From Gemmatimonadales bacterium (GTDB taxonomy: Bacteria > Gemmatimonadota > Gemmatimonadetes > Gemmatimonadales > Gemmatimonadaceae), in NCBI GenBank assembly GCA_031394125.1, contig JANMWS010000009.1:39754-103753 (forward strand): a DNA stretch of 64,000 bases, in the 5' to 3' direction. Of this stretch, positions 28,305-38,176 are shown piece by piece (positions within the stretch are counted from its first letter, which is position 1; each line of letters starts with the position of its first letter). Position numbers and translations under genes: made by a program. Under the pieces are notes generated by a model. The model did not search any database. It was not told the DNA's origin and saw nothing but the letters and a program-made list of their open reading frames with translations.

Positions 28305-28333
28305 TAATTATCCTAAACTTAAAGGATAATTAA
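28304..28333. promoter_or_regulatory. perfect AT-rich inverted repeat TTAATTATCCT-N8-AGGATAATTAA
   Basis: 11-bp arms without mismatch. The left arm begins at the first base of the minus-strand ATG (28302-28304) and the right arm contains the only AGGA upstream of it. Confidence 0.6.
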
Positions 28334-28437
28334 ACCTACCCGCTCTTTGTCCAGCTACAAGACCCGCTCCTCATTATATTGTGCCCGTTCTCGATATGGT
28401 GCCGTTTGCCCACTCTCTACGAATTCTGGTGAACAAG

Positions 28438-28989
28438 ATGAAGCGTTTTCCCTACCTCCTAGCGGTCTCGGCCCTTGCTTCGATCGTGCTTTCGGGTCAA
28501 GCCAGCGGTCAGAAGACCTATGCCCTCGGGGTCGGAGGAGGGGCTGTCATACCTGTTGGCAAGCTGAGCGACACGCAGACCACTGGCTTCAATGGGATCG
28601 TAGCTCTTGCCCTCGGTGTCGCCGAACTGCCAATCGGGGTCCGATTCGACGGGATCTACAACAGCTTCTCCCGAAAGGACATCACCACACCGCCGACCAA
28701 CACATACGGGTTTCGAATCGCCGGTTTACTTGGCAATCTCATCTACGCGTTCCCCGGAACTACCGCAAAGAGCTACATCGTGGCCGGGGGTGGGCTATAC
28801 AACACGAAATTCGATATCGCCGGAACCAAAGCTGAAAACCACTGGGGACTGAATGCGGGGCTAGGCGTAACGTTCGCGGTGGGTCCGATGGCGAGCTTTC
28901 TGGAGTCGAGATATCACTTCATATCCCGTGAGCCGACGAAGGGCGGCGTAATACACTTCGTCCCAATCACGCTCGGGGTAATGTTCTAA
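28438..28989 (+). CDS. outer-membrane beta-barrel protein (OmpA-N/porin-like small barrel)
   Basis: Signal peptide MKRFPYLLAVSALASIVLSGQASG, alternating hydrophobic beta-strand pattern and C-terminal aromatic residue (…GVMF). The track ORF is 5'-extended from 28381. Confidence 0.75.
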   Translation: MKRFPYLLAVSALASIVLSGQASGQKTYALGVGGGAVIPVGKLSDTQTTGFNGIVALALGVAELPIGVRFDGIYNSFSRKDITTPPTNTYGFRIAGLLGNLIYAFPGTTAKSYIVAGGGLYNTKFDIAGTKAENHWGLNAGLGVTFAVGPMASFLESRYHFISREPTKGGVIHFVPITLGVMF

Positions 28990-29002
28990 GTCCCGAAATG
29001 AA

Positions 29003-29032
29003 AGAGGCGCACTACTGTGCGGCTCTTTGTTG
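29003..29032. terminator. hairpin between convergent omp-like gene and argH
   Basis: AGAGGCGCAC-tact-GTGCGGCTCT (one G.G mismatch) followed by TTGTTG. Confidence 0.5.
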
Positions 29033-29046
29033 AAACCTTCCCCGCC

Positions 29047-30495
29047 CTAGATCGCGCGAAGCACCAACTCGTTGCCGCGGGCTGCCTCGCCTACCGGCCA
29101 CAGCGCCTCACGAGCGGAACGAAGCTGCGCCTTCACCGCGGTCGGACCAGTACCTCCCGGGACGTCCCGACGCGCAACTGATCGAGAGGGTTCGAGCCAA
29201 TCGAGCGCGTCGTCCCCGAACAGAGGATGCGCCGCCTTGAACGATGCGAGCGGCAACCCGTCGAGATCACAGCCATCGCGCTCACTCTCGCGAATCAGCG
29301 AGCCGATAGCGCTGTGTGCCTCGCGGAACGTGGCGCCCTTTTCCACCAGATAATCAGCCAGATCCGTTGCCATCATGCTGCTCGAGAGCGCGGCCCGCAT
29401 GCGCTTGGCATTGAAGCGGATTTCCTGGAGCGCGCCGGCGACTGCGGGAAGCACAAGGAGGGCGGTGTCGACGGCATCGAACAGGACACGCTTGTCGTCC
29501 TGGAGGTCCTTATTGTATCCGCTAGGCAACCCCTTGAGCGTCGAGAGCAATGTCGAGAGGTCGCCAATTGCGCGCGCGCCTGATCCGCGTGCCAGCTCCA
29601 GCGCATCTGGATTGCGCTTCTGGGGCATCATGCTGGAGCCGGTGGTAAAGGCATCTCCAAACTGGACGAATCCGAACTCACTCGACCCGTAGATGATGAG
29701 ATCTTCGCCAAGTCGTGAGAGGTGCGTGGCCATCATCGCGACGGCGAATAACAGCTCAGCAACGAAATCCCTGTCGCCAACCGCATCAATACTGTTTTGC
29801 GAGAGGCCGCTGAACCCCAAGCTACCCTGAAGAAGCACGCGCGAAACTGGAAATGCGCACCCGGCAATAGCGCCGGATCCCAGAGGGAGAATACCGGCCG
29901 CCCGTGAAGCGGACGCAATTCTGGCCCGGTCGCGCTCGAGGGGCCAGAAGTGCGACAACATCCAGTGTGCGGCAGCAACCGGTTGCGCGCGTTGAAGATG
30001 CGTGTACGCCGGCATGAGCGTATCCTGTAGCGTCTCCGCGTGGTCCAGCATCACCTGCTGCAGTGTCCGCGCGGCGGAGTCCAGCTTCGCGCACGCATCC
30101 ATTGACCAGAGCCTTGTCGCGGTCGCGACCTGATCGTTTCGGCTTCGACCGGTGTGCAGTTTTGACGCGACGTCTCCGACCTCGTCGTGAAGCATCCGAT
30201 CGATCATCGTATGCACGTCTTCATCGGACGAGATGGGCGCGGTACCCGCCGTAAGCTTCTCGGCAACCGCCGCCAAGCCTTTCTCGATTGTCTTGCTTTC
30301 TTCGAGGGAGATGACTTCGGCTCCCCAAAGAGCGACAGCCCAGGCACGAGATAGATTGATATCGAACGGCCATAGCCGATAATCGGTACCAATCGAGCGG
30401 TTAAGGGCGTCTAACGCGGCCGCGGTCGGCACCGCGAACCGTCCTCCCCAAAGCTTGTGGAACGTGTGATCGGACACGGGGAAGGGGAGGCTCAA
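29047..30495 (-). CDS. argH: argininosuccinate lyase
   Basis: Fumarate-lyase signature [12 protein letters not shown] and an N-terminal LWGGRF motif. Confidence 0.95.
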   Translation of the reverse strand: MSLPFPVSDHTFHKLWGGRFAVPTAAALDALNRSIGTDYRLWPFDINLSRAWAVALWGAEVISLEESKTIEKGLAAVAEKLTAGTAPISSDEDVHTMIDRMLHDEVGDVASKLHTGRSRNDQVATATRLWSMDACAKLDSAARTLQQVMLDHAETLQDTLMPAYTHLQRAQPVAAAHWMLSHFWPLERDRARIASASRAAGILPLGSGAIAGCAFPVSRVLLQGSLGFSGLSQNSIDAVGDRDFVAELLFAVAMMATHLSRLGEDLIIYGSSEFGFVQFGDAFTTGSSMMPQKRNPDALELARGSGARAIGDLSTLLSTLKGLPSGYNKDLQDDKRVLFDAVDTALLVLPAVAGALQEIRFNAKRMRAALSSSMMATDLADYLVEKGATFREAHSAIGSLIRESERDGCDLDGLPLASFKAAHPLFGDDALDWLEPSRSVARRDVPGGTGPTAVKAQLRSAREALWPVGEAARGNELVLRAI

Positions 30496-31757
30496 GCTAT
30501 CGCGAGAGTCTGCGCCCCTCGCGATTCGTTTTTGCTCTCTTTCTCAGCCTTCGCCGCGGCCATTTCCTGGTCGCGGATAGCACGGACACGAGCCGAAAGA
30601 CCGTAAAGCCGGATGAATCCACCGGCATCGCTTTGCTGGTAGACGTCGTCTTCACCGAAAGTGACGAACCGCTCGTCGTACAGCGCGTACTCGCTCTCGC
30701 GACCTACAACTGAGGCCGTTCCCTTAAACAGCCGGAGAGTCGCTGTCCCGGTGACGCGCTCCTGAGTGATGTTAACGAAGGCGTCATAGCCTTCGCGCTC
30801 GGTCGTCCACCAACGCCCTTCGTAAACCAGATCGGCGTAGCGCGGAGCAATCAGATCTTTCGCGGCCAGTGTGCGCCGATCGAGGATGAGCTGCTCCAGC
30901 TCGCTGTGAGCGGAGTAAAGGAGAGTACCGCCCGGAGTTTCGTAAACCCCACGGGACTTCATTCCTACGAGGCGATCTTCTACGAGGTCGATCCGTCCAA
31001 TCCCGTGGCGCCCGCCAATCTTGTTGAGCGCGACGATGAGGTCGACGGAGTCGAGCTCGACACCATTGACCGAGACGGGCGTTCCTGCGTGGAATCCAAT
31101 CGTGACGTCTTCGGGATGATCGGGCGCATTTTCGGGGGCCGTGGTCAACATGAACAGATCTGCCGGCGGAGCGACAGCGGGCTGCTCGAGCACGCCACCC
31201 TCATGGGAGATGTGCCAAACGTTCCGATCGCGCGAATAAATCTTGTCGCGGGTCGCAGCAACCGGAATCTTATGGGATTCCGCGTAGGCGATCGCGTCCT
31301 CTCGGCTCCGGATGTTCCATTCACGCCAAGGCGCTATCACCGGTAGATCGGGAGCGAACGCAGCGTAAGTCAGCTCGAAGCGGACTTGGTCGTTACCCTT
31401 TCCGGTGCAACCGTGGGCCAGCGCATCTGCTCCCACTTGCCGAGCGATCTCAACCTGACGGCGGGCAATGAGGGGACGTCCCATGGAGGTGCCAAGCAGA
31501 TACTTTCGACCGTAAACCGCTCCTGCCCGGAGTGTCGGCCAAACGAAATCCTCGACGAACTCCTGCCGGAGATCCTCGACGTAGCACTCGTCGGCGCCGG
31601 AAGCAATCGCTTTGTCCCGTACGCCTTCCAGTTCCTCTCCCTGGCCTATGTCCGCGGCGACACAGACAACACGCGCGCCGTACCGCTCCTTGAGCCAAGG
31701 GACGATGATCGAAGTATCGAGCCCACCGGAGTAGGCGAGGGCAATTGTGCGAATCAC
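30492..31757 (-). CDS. argG: argininosuccinate synthase
   Basis: [12 protein letters not shown]-binding motif. GTG 31757 is preferred (GAGG 6 nt upstream) over the track's TTG 31769. 4-nt overlap with argH. Confidence 0.95.
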   Translation of the reverse strand: MIRTIALAYSGGLDTSIIVPWLKERYGARVVCVAADIGQGEELEGVRDKAIASGADECYVEDLRQEFVEDFVWPTLRAGAVYGRKYLLGTSMGRPLIARRQVEIARQVGADALAHGCTGKGNDQVRFELTYAAFAPDLPVIAPWREWNIRSREDAIAYAESHKIPVAATRDKIYSRDRNVWHISHEGGVLEQPAVAPPADLFMLTTAPENAPDHPEDVTIGFHAGTPVSVNGVELDSVDLIVALNKIGGRHGIGRIDLVEDRLVGMKSRGVYETPGGTLLYSAHSELEQLILDRRTLAAKDLIAPRYADLVYEGRWWTTEREGYDAFVNITQERVTGTATLRLFKGTASVVGRESEYALYDERFVTFGEDDVYQQSDAGGFIRLYGLSARVRAIRDQEMAAAKAEKESKNESRGAQTLAIA

Positions 31758-31765
31758 GGGGCGCC

Positions 31766-31800
31766 TCAATAAGTATTCAGAATATCTGAATATTTAATCG
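31766..31800. promoter_or_regulatory. ARG-box-like operator pair upstream of argG
   Basis: TCAATAAGTATTCA (31766-31779) and TGAATATTTAATCG (31787-31800) resemble TGAAT-N4-ATTCA and are phased 21 bp apart. The central palindrome is ATTCAGAATATCTGAAT. Confidence 0.6.
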
Positions 31801-31825
31801 TCTGGGCGGCGTACGTCAACCTCGA

Positions 31826-32284
31826 TCAGGGCTCCCCAGCCATGCTTCGCAACCGCCGCATGACGCGGTCGCGGGCGGCGACCGAGCGGCAGATTATCAG
31901 TATGGTATCGTCGCCACCGACCGTCCCGAGAATGTCGGACCAGCCCTCGCCATCCAGCGCGGCGGCGATTGGCTGAGCGCCTCCGGGAACTGTCCGCAGG
32001 ACGAGCATTTCACTGACACCGTCGAGCCGAAGAAACAACTGGGGCAGGAGGGTATCAAGTGCGGCGCGGCTCTCCTCTATGCTCCCGTCGGTAATCGCGT
32101 AGCGGGCGCCTTCGGGCGTCGGGATGCGGGCGAGCCTGAGCTCGCGCAAATCGCGGGAGAGAGTTGCCTGGGTTACGTCCCACCCGCGGTGGAGAAGGAG
32201 CTTCCGGAGATCCTCCTGGCTGCTTACTACCCGGGCCTCGATTATCTCGAGAATTGTGTCGTGCCGTTCGCGCTTGTTGGCCAT
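31826..32284 (-). CDS. argR: arginine repressor
   Basis: N-terminal winged helix (KRERHDTILEII...SQEDLRKLL..GWDVTQATLSRDLREL) and a C-terminal oligomerisation domain with GTVGGDDTILII. Confidence 0.9.
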   Translation of the reverse strand: MANKRERHDTILEIIEARVVSSQEDLRKLLLHRGWDVTQATLSRDLRELRLARIPTPEGARYAITDGSIEESRAALDTLLPQLFLRLDGVSEMLVLRTVPGGAQPIAAALDGEGWSDILGTVGGDDTILIICRSVAARDRVMRRLRSMAGEP

Positions 32285-32373
32285 CGAGGGTGAGTTTAGC
32301 ACCCCATTGGCCCGAGCGCGAGGTAGCCTCGCGGATCATTGACTAGAAGAATGTGTAATGTTATGCATTATTT

Positions 32374-33342
32374 ATGCATAAAGTTCCGGTGGGGGTTCTT
32401 GGCGCGAGTGGCTATGCCGGGCGGGAGCTGTGCGGATTGATCGCGCGGCACCCCAAGCTCGAGCTCGTGTTTGCCTCAGCCAACGAGCAGCGCGGACAAC
32501 GCGCCCGCATCGGGCCATTGGACGTGACCTATGTCGCGACCGAGGACGCGCCCCTGGGAAATGCCGAGATCGTGTTCACGGCGTTGCCGCACGGTGCTTC
32601 CGCCAAGTGGGTAGGGAACGCGCGCTCGACTGGCGCGCGGGTCGTCGACCTTTCTTCGGACTTTCGTCCAGGAACCACGGGAAACGCGACGAACGCTGAA
32701 TACGGTCTCACCGAGCTGATGCGCGAAAACATTCCGGGCGCCGAAATCGTGGCAAATCCCGGCTGCTACCCAACGGCCGTGCTTCTGGCAATCGCACCAC
32801 TACTGAAAGAAGGATGGGTGACACCAGGTGCGACCATCAATGTATCGGCGGCGAGCGGAGTAACCGGAGCGGGATACTCCGCTCGCCCGGATCTGCTTTA
32901 CGCAGAGGTCGCTGAGGATTTTCGCGCCTACGCAGTCGGCAACGAGCACAGGCACCTCGCAGAGATGCAGGCTGTCACAAGCGAGCTCGGTGGCCGAAAC
33001 AACGACATTCTATTCATCCCGCACCTTCTTCCGGTTGCGCGCGGAATTCTGGCGACCATCACGGTGCCGATCGAAGAGCACACCGAAGACCCGTCGCTCT
33101 TGTGGAAGGATTGCTATCGTGGAGAGCCGTTCATCGAGATAGCAGATACTCCGCCGTCACTCCGCGATGTCGTCCGGCGGAACGTGGTTCGCCTGAGCGT
33201 CACCAAAGCCGCGAACGTGCGGAAGCCCACGCTTATAATCATTTCAGCGATCGACAACCTGGTGAAGGGCGCGGCTGGGCAGGCGCTGCAGAACGCGAAC
33301 ATTCTCCTTGGATTGAGCGAGCAGGCAGGGCTACCGGCATGA
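32374..33342 (+). CDS. argC: N-acetyl-gamma-glutamyl-phosphate reductase
   Basis: GASGYAGREL NAD motif and active-site NPGCYPT. Confidence 0.95.
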   Translation: MHKVPVGVLGASGYAGRELCGLIARHPKLELVFASANEQRGQRARIGPLDVTYVATEDAPLGNAEIVFTALPHGASAKWVGNARSTGARVVDLSSDFRPGTTGNATNAEYGLTELMRENIPGAEIVANPGCYPTAVLLAIAPLLKEGWVTPGATINVSAASGVTGAGYSARPDLLYAEVAEDFRAYAVGNEHRHLAEMQAVTSELGGRNNDILFIPHLLPVARGILATITVPIEEHTEDPSLLWKDCYRGEPFIEIADTPPSLRDVVRRNVVRLSVTKAANVRKPTLIIISAIDNLVKGAAGQALQNANILLGLSEQAGLPA

Positions 33343-34109
33343 TGCGCGTGGTGAAGATAGGAGGGCGTGCCCAGGCCGATCCCCGCCTTTTCCAGCTTCT
33401 TGGTGAAGCTTGGAATGACTCGCCAACATCGCTGTGCGTAGTGCACGGCGGAGGTGACGAAGTGTCCGCGATGCAGAAAGCGCTTGGCCGAGAAGCAGTA
33501 TTTGTCGGCGGCCGTCGGGTTACCTCGAACAGCGATCTCGATCTGCTGCGAATGGTCCTCTCGGGCGTCGTCAACAAGAGGCTGGTGAATGGCCTTGTTG
33601 CGGCAGGAGTCGCCGCGATCGGCTTGTCGGGAGAAGATGGCGCGCTGATCAGAGCAGAGGTCATCGATGCCGAGTCTCTCGGTTTTGCCGGACGGCCGAC
33701 CAGCGTCAACTTACAGCTTCTACGCACTCTCATGGATGCGGGCAATCTTCCGGTGATCTCACCGGTGGGCTATAACGACGACAATGCACAAGGTGGCGCG
33801 CTCAACGTGAACGGCGACGATGCCGCATCGGCCATCGCCGCGGCACTTCAGGCGGACGAACTGCTTCTGATCGCTGATGTCGAAGGAGTTCGGGACGAGC
33901 AGGATGAAGTGCTTCCATTAATCACCCTGGAGTCCGCAAGGGAACTGATCGAAAACGGAACAGCCTCAGGAGGCATGGCGGCAAAACTCGAATCCGCGCA
34001 TGCGGCTCTTCTCGCAGGAGTCGATCGTGTGCGAATCTGTGATCTCGCCGGTCTCCTCGATGCTGGGCGGGGCACCTTCATCACTCAATCCCAGAGCGTA
34101 GTCACATGA
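33339..34109 (+). CDS. argB: acetylglutamate kinase
   Basis: VVKIGG..., VHGGG, GEDG and NVNGDDAA motifs. Start ATG 33339 overlaps the argC TGA; the track ORF is 5'-extended from 33102. Confidence 0.9.
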   Translation: MMRVVKIGGRAQADPRLFQLLGEAWNDSPTSLCVVHGGGDEVSAMQKALGREAVFVGGRRVTSNSDLDLLRMVLSGVVNKRLVNGLVAAGVAAIGLSGEDGALIRAEVIDAESLGFAGRPTSVNLQLLRTLMDAGNLPVISPVGYNDDNAQGGALNVNGDDAASAIAAALQADELLLIADVEGVRDEQDEVLPLITLESARELIENGTASGGMAAKLESAHAALLAGVDRVRICDLAGLLDAGRGTFITQSQSVVT

Positions 34110-35323
34110 CCGCGGTCACGCTGCCCATCGAAGTAGACGTCATCGAAGCTTCTACTCCGACAAACACTTCACTCCTCGGCACCTACAAACGCGCCCCAAT
34201 GGAGCTCGTAAGAGGTGAAGGAGTGGAGCTCATCGATGCAACTGGAAAGCGGTATCTCGATTTCGCCGGTGGAATCGCCGTAAACTCACTCGGCTACGGT
34301 GACGCCGGGATCGCTCGAATAATCAGCGAGGCTCTGAGCAATGGGCTGATTCATACCTCGAATCTTTATCGGACGTCGGCGGGAGAGCACCTCGCGGACA
34401 AGCTGGTCGAGTGCTCGTTTGCCTCGAAGGTCTTTTTCTGCAACTCCGGCGCCGAAGCGAACGAAGGCGCGTTCAAGTTCGCGAGAAGGTGGGCACGAAA
34501 GATCGGCACTGACGCCAAGGTCGAGATCATCGCACTGCGCGGAAGCTTTCACGGGAGACTGTTCGCGTCGTTGGCGGCGACAGATCGGCCATCGTATCGC
34601 GCGCCGTTCCGTCCTCTGGCGGGAGCCGTGTCAATTTGCGAGCGCGACCTATCCGACCTCGAGACCGCGCTAGACGAAGAGACGGTCGCGGCGTTGATCG
34701 TCGAGCCGGTGCAGGGTGAGGGAGGAGTGCGAGTCCTCGACGACGCTTTTCTCAAGAAACTGAGGACTCTCACTGCCAAGCGGGAGATCGCGCTCATATT
34801 CGACGAAATCCAGTGCGGGCTCGGAAGAACGGGCCATCTGTTCGCGTACGAGAGAAGCGGCGTCATTCCCGACATGCTCACCCTCGCCAAGCCCCTGGCT
34901 GGCGGACTCCCAATGGGTGCCGTTCTCGTATCGGATGACATCGCTTCGACAATCGAGCCGGGAGACCACGGAACCACGTTTGGCGGAGGTCCGCTCGTAT
35001 CCGCGGTCGCCGCGCACGTGCTGGAACGGCTCTCCGATCCGTCCTTGCTCGAGTCCGTTCGGGAGAATGGAGCGTGGCTCGGAGCGCAGCTCGAAGGGAT
35101 TGCGCGCCGCTCGGGGAAGGTTCGTGCGATACGCGGAGTCGGCTTCATCTGGGGACTGGACGTCCTGGAGCCAGCCGGCGACATCGTCAAGCGTGGGTGG
35201 GACGAGGGTCTTCTCACGCTGACGGCAGGCGAGCATACGCTTCGCATTCTTCCTCCTCTGATAATGGACCGGAACGATCTTGTCCGTGGGCTCTCCATCA
35301 TCGAGAAGATCATCGCGCAGTAG
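34106..35323 (+). CDS. argD: acetylornithine aminotransferase (class III)
   Basis: FCNSGAEANE, LIFDEIQCGLGRTG and TLAKPLAGG (PLP Lys). ATGA overlap with argB. Confidence 0.9.
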   Translation: MTAVTLPIEVDVIEASTPTNTSLLGTYKRAPMELVRGEGVELIDATGKRYLDFAGGIAVNSLGYGDAGIARIISEALSNGLIHTSNLYRTSAGEHLADKLVECSFASKVFFCNSGAEANEGAFKFARRWARKIGTDAKVEIIALRGSFHGRLFASLAATDRPSYRAPFRPLAGAVSICERDLSDLETALDEETVAALIVEPVQGEGGVRVLDDAFLKKLRTLTAKREIALIFDEIQCGLGRTGHLFAYERSGVIPDMLTLAKPLAGGLPMGAVLVSDDIASTIEPGDHGTTFGGGPLVSAVAAHVLERLSDPSLLESVRENGAWLGAQLEGIARRSGKVRAIRGVGFIWGLDVLEPAGDIVKRGWDEGLLTLTAGEHTLRILPPLIMDRNDLVRGLSIIEKIIAQ

Positions 35324-35391
35324 CGCGGACCGGAGTCGCCAATGCCAGTGTCTCCGGTTAACATACCGGAGACTTATTCGAAGAGAACGTT

Positions 35392-35883
35392 ATGTCATTG
35401 GCGCGACTCTCATCTGGCCGACTTCCCGCACTTCTCATCGCGGCAGCCGCGTGTAGTCCCGTGCCAATGAATACCGGGACACAGACCACAGCGGCGGCTG
35501 CGTCCGATACCGTTGAAGCGCGCCAGCTGTTCGAAGAAAACATTGACGCCATACACAAACGTAACCGTGCACGGTATCTCGCCACCTATCTTCACACCAG
35601 CTCCCTGGCTCGTAACGGTCCTTCCGGATTCGAGCTCGGTTACGAAAACTGGAGCGCGCGACGCGATTCCACCTGGCCGGACACTCTTGTTGCCAGGAAC
35701 CTGCGCGTGATACCGGTTGTGCCCGGTGTCGTCTATGGCACCTACTGCTACACCGTGACGCAGAAGGATACGACTTCGAGCGGCGTGTCCGAGCGAGTGT
35801 TCGTCAAAACGCCAGAGGGATGGAGAATCGCCGTGACCACGGCGTTCGGACTGCCCGCCGGTGCGCCCGCGCAGTGCAAATAA
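35392..35883 (+). CDS. NTF2/SnoaL-like (DUF4440-type) lipoprotein
   Basis: Lipobox LIAAAAC. The ~130-aa mature domain has the alpha+beta cone pattern of the NTF2-like superfamily. Confidence 0.55.
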   Translation: MSLARLSSGRLPALLIAAAACSPVPMNTGTQTTAAAASDTVEARQLFEENIDAIHKRNRARYLATYLHTSSLARNGPSGFELGYENWSARRDSTWPDTLVARNLRVIPVVPGVVYGTYCYTVTQKDTTSSGVSERVFVKTPEGWRIAVTTAFGLPAGAPAQCK

Positions 35884-35908
35884 CTCTTCGATTCAAACCA
35901 TTGTGAAA

Positions 35909-37525
35909 ATGACCCGTCGATTCGCGCTTTGGCTGCCAATCCTGTTTACGGGGTTCATTGCTGGTCCTGCGGCCTGTCAGGCGACCAATACGCAGCCACC
36001 CAAGCTGGTAGTCTTCATTACAGTCGATGCGATGCGTCCGGATTATCTCACCCGCTTTGCGCCGCAACTCACCGGCGGCTTGGGAAGGCTGTACAACGGC
36101 GGCGCGGTATTCACCAACGGATTCCAGGATCACGCGATAACCGAGACTGCGCCCGGGCATTCGGTGATAATGTCGGGCCGATATCCGGTACATACAGGTA
36201 TATCTGCGAATACCGCAGGGGTAAACGACACGACTGTCAGTCTCGTAGATGCAACGGGGCTCGGCGCATCACCGTTTCGCTTTCGCGGAACGACGCTAAC
36301 GGATTGGCTCATGGCAAAAGACCCCCGCACCCGCATTCTTTCGGTTTCCAGGAAGGATCGGGCGGCGATCCTTCCCATTGGCAGATCCAAGCAGCCTGTT
36401 TTCTGGTATGCATCGAATGGAATTTTTACAACCAGTACGTATTACGGCTCGAGCCTGCCGGAATGGGTTCGCGTCTTCAACGCGCGAAAATTGCCTTCGA
36501 GCTATGCAGGAAAAGTGTGGCAACCACTACTTCCGGATAGCGCTTACAGTGAGCCGGACAGCGTTCCGATAGAAAGCAACGGCATCAACTTCACGTTTCC
36601 TCACCTTGAAGCCAGCTCGCCCGACACGGCGGCCCGACTGCTTCCCGACTTTCCGTGGATGGACGAACTGACTCTCGATTTCGCGATGACGGGAGTGAAC
36701 GCGTTGAAGCTCGGCGCTGGACCGCAAACGGATTTACTGTCCGTTTCGCTTTCAACAACCGATGCGATTGGTCACCGCTACGGACCCGACTCGCGCGAAG
36801 TTCACGACCAAATCCTTCGACTCGACCGGGCCCTTGGGGTCTTTCTGGATTCTCTATACCGAATCCGGAATCCGAGCGGCATCGTGGTCGCGCTTACGGC
36901 CGATCACGGGCTTACTCCCTTTCCGGAAGTCCACGCGCACGATCCAAACAAGGGCGCGATTCGCGTAAATCCAGGTCCCCTGCTGCAGCAGCTCAGCAAC
37001 TCGCTCTCCGCGGCTGGAGTACAGGGATATGGGTTCAACTTCATCGCAGGTGTGTATACCGGCAACGGATTCTATTTCGATAGCGGAGTGCTGGAGCTCG
37101 ATCACGCCGCGTTGAACAGGGCCCGAATCAATCGTGACTCGCTGGTGCGGGCAGTTCGTGCGGCCTTTCTGAAAGTACCGGGCGTTGCTCGCGCGGACAG
37201 GATTTCGGAGCTTGCTAAGGGGGATACTCTGAACGACAGAATTGCGCGGCGCTGGCTGCACATGTTTTCGGATGAAGAGAAGGCCGCGCTCGTAGTTACT
37301 CTTGCACCCTTCAACTACTGGCTCTCGGGCTGGATCGCGCAGCACGGCAGTCCGAACGATATCGACGCTCGTGTGCCGATCATTTTCTACGGCAGCGGCG
37401 TCAAACCAGGACGGTATGACGAGTTCGCGGGGGTTGTGGACATGGCTCCAACACTCGCTGCAATCGTCCATGTGACCCCGCAGGAAAAAGTCGACGGACA
37501 CGTTCTCAAGCATGCGGTCAGGTAG
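35909..37525 (+). CDS. alkaline-phosphatase superfamily enzyme (nucleotide pyrophosphatase/phosphodiesterase type)
   Basis: Signal peptide, then VVFITVDAMRPDY, TAPGHSVIMSG (nucleophile region), DAIGHRYGPDS and TADHG metal-ligand blocks. The track ORF is 5'-extended from 35861. Confidence 0.75.
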   Translation: MTRRFALWLPILFTGFIAGPAACQATNTQPPKLVVFITVDAMRPDYLTRFAPQLTGGLGRLYNGGAVFTNGFQDHAITETAPGHSVIMSGRYPVHTGISANTAGVNDTTVSLVDATGLGASPFRFRGTTLTDWLMAKDPRTRILSVSRKDRAAILPIGRSKQPVFWYASNGIFTTSTYYGSSLPEWVRVFNARKLPSSYAGKVWQPLLPDSAYSEPDSVPIESNGINFTFPHLEASSPDTAARLLPDFPWMDELTLDFAMTGVNALKLGAGPQTDLLSVSLSTTDAIGHRYGPDSREVHDQILRLDRALGVFLDSLYRIRNPSGIVVALTADHGLTPFPEVHAHDPNKGAIRVNPGPLLQQLSNSLSAAGVQGYGFNFIAGVYTGNGFYFDSGVLELDHAALNRARINRDSLVRAVRAAFLKVPGVARADRISELAKGDTLNDRIARRWLHMFSDEEKAALVVTLAPFNYWLSGWIAQHGSPNDIDARVPIIFYGSGVKPGRYDEFAGVVDMAPTLAAIVHVTPQEKVDGHVLKHAVR

Positions 37526-38123
37526 AGTCTCCCGTACTTCGGTCCTGAGAGCATTCGACGAAATCGAATTCGGGTCGACGAACACTCTCAACCTCAGGGA
37601 ATCGCTTCCTTCTGCGGCCGATGCGCGTTTTCGAACCGAAGCATGGCTGCGCGAGCGGCAAATCAGTCGAGCGGCCGAGGTTCTGGTGATAACGGGGCGC
37701 GGTAATCAGAGCCCGAACGGAGTCTCTGCGGTCCGGGAGGGAATTCTCTCGCTACTGCCGTCCCTTCGCAGGCGTGGAGTAGTGAGTGAGTGGAGAGAGC
37801 ATTCGCCGGGATCTTTTGTCGTCAAGCTGGGGTCGATCTCCTCGCTTCTGGAAGCGCCCAGACGGAAGCGCGATCGCAGTCCGATCGAACCGACGGTAAA
37901 TCCGGAGTCTCTGAAGAATCTCGAGCGATCAACGCTGGAGCTGCTCCGACGACTGGCGATTCGCACTCTCGAGTCGTTAGGAGCGCGCGAGCCGGACAAG
38001 TTCGTCGAGGCGGAGATGCTCTCCAAGTTTCACTCGCTGGCCGGAGGGATAAATCCCGGCGAACAGGGCGAGGCCAGATTGCGCGAGGCCATCAAGGCAG
38101 CGCTGGACCAGCTCGACGAGTGA
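37512..38123 (+). CDS. Smr (small MutS-related) domain protein
   Basis: Smr-like core TLNLRESLPSAADA...VLVITGRGNQSPNGVSAVREGILSLL. Overlaps the upstream stop by 14 nt. Confidence 0.65.
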   Translation: MRSGRVSRTSVLRAFDEIEFGSTNTLNLRESLPSAADARFRTEAWLRERQISRAAEVLVITGRGNQSPNGVSAVREGILSLLPSLRRRGVVSEWREHSPGSFVVKLGSISSLLEAPRRKRDRSPIEPTVNPESLKNLERSTLELLRRLAIRTLESLGAREPDKFVEAEMLSKFHSLAGGINPGEQGEARLREAIKAALDQLDE

Positions 38124-38176
38124 AGCCGGACGCGGGTATCGTTGGAAATACCATCACACAAAGGACATCACACGGA

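Noticed and set aside
32351-32380. ATGCAT-N5-ATGCAT block before argC as a canonical ARG box
   Set aside because: The half-site spacing is one base longer than the TGAAT-N4-ATTCA consensus and the half-sites differ (TGCAT). It is kept only as an AT-rich candidate within the arginine-cluster finding, not called as a feature.
37790-38176. Long 5' extensions of track ORFs (also 33102-33338, 47628-47798, 54560-54653, 57074-57526, 35861-35908, 28381-28437, 27610-27663, 44513-44689)
   Set aside because: The extensions overlap upstream genes or lack family similarity. Internal starts give canonical N-termini (signal peptides, the Ku MAAIWKG start, the Csp start) with plausible ribosome-binding sites.
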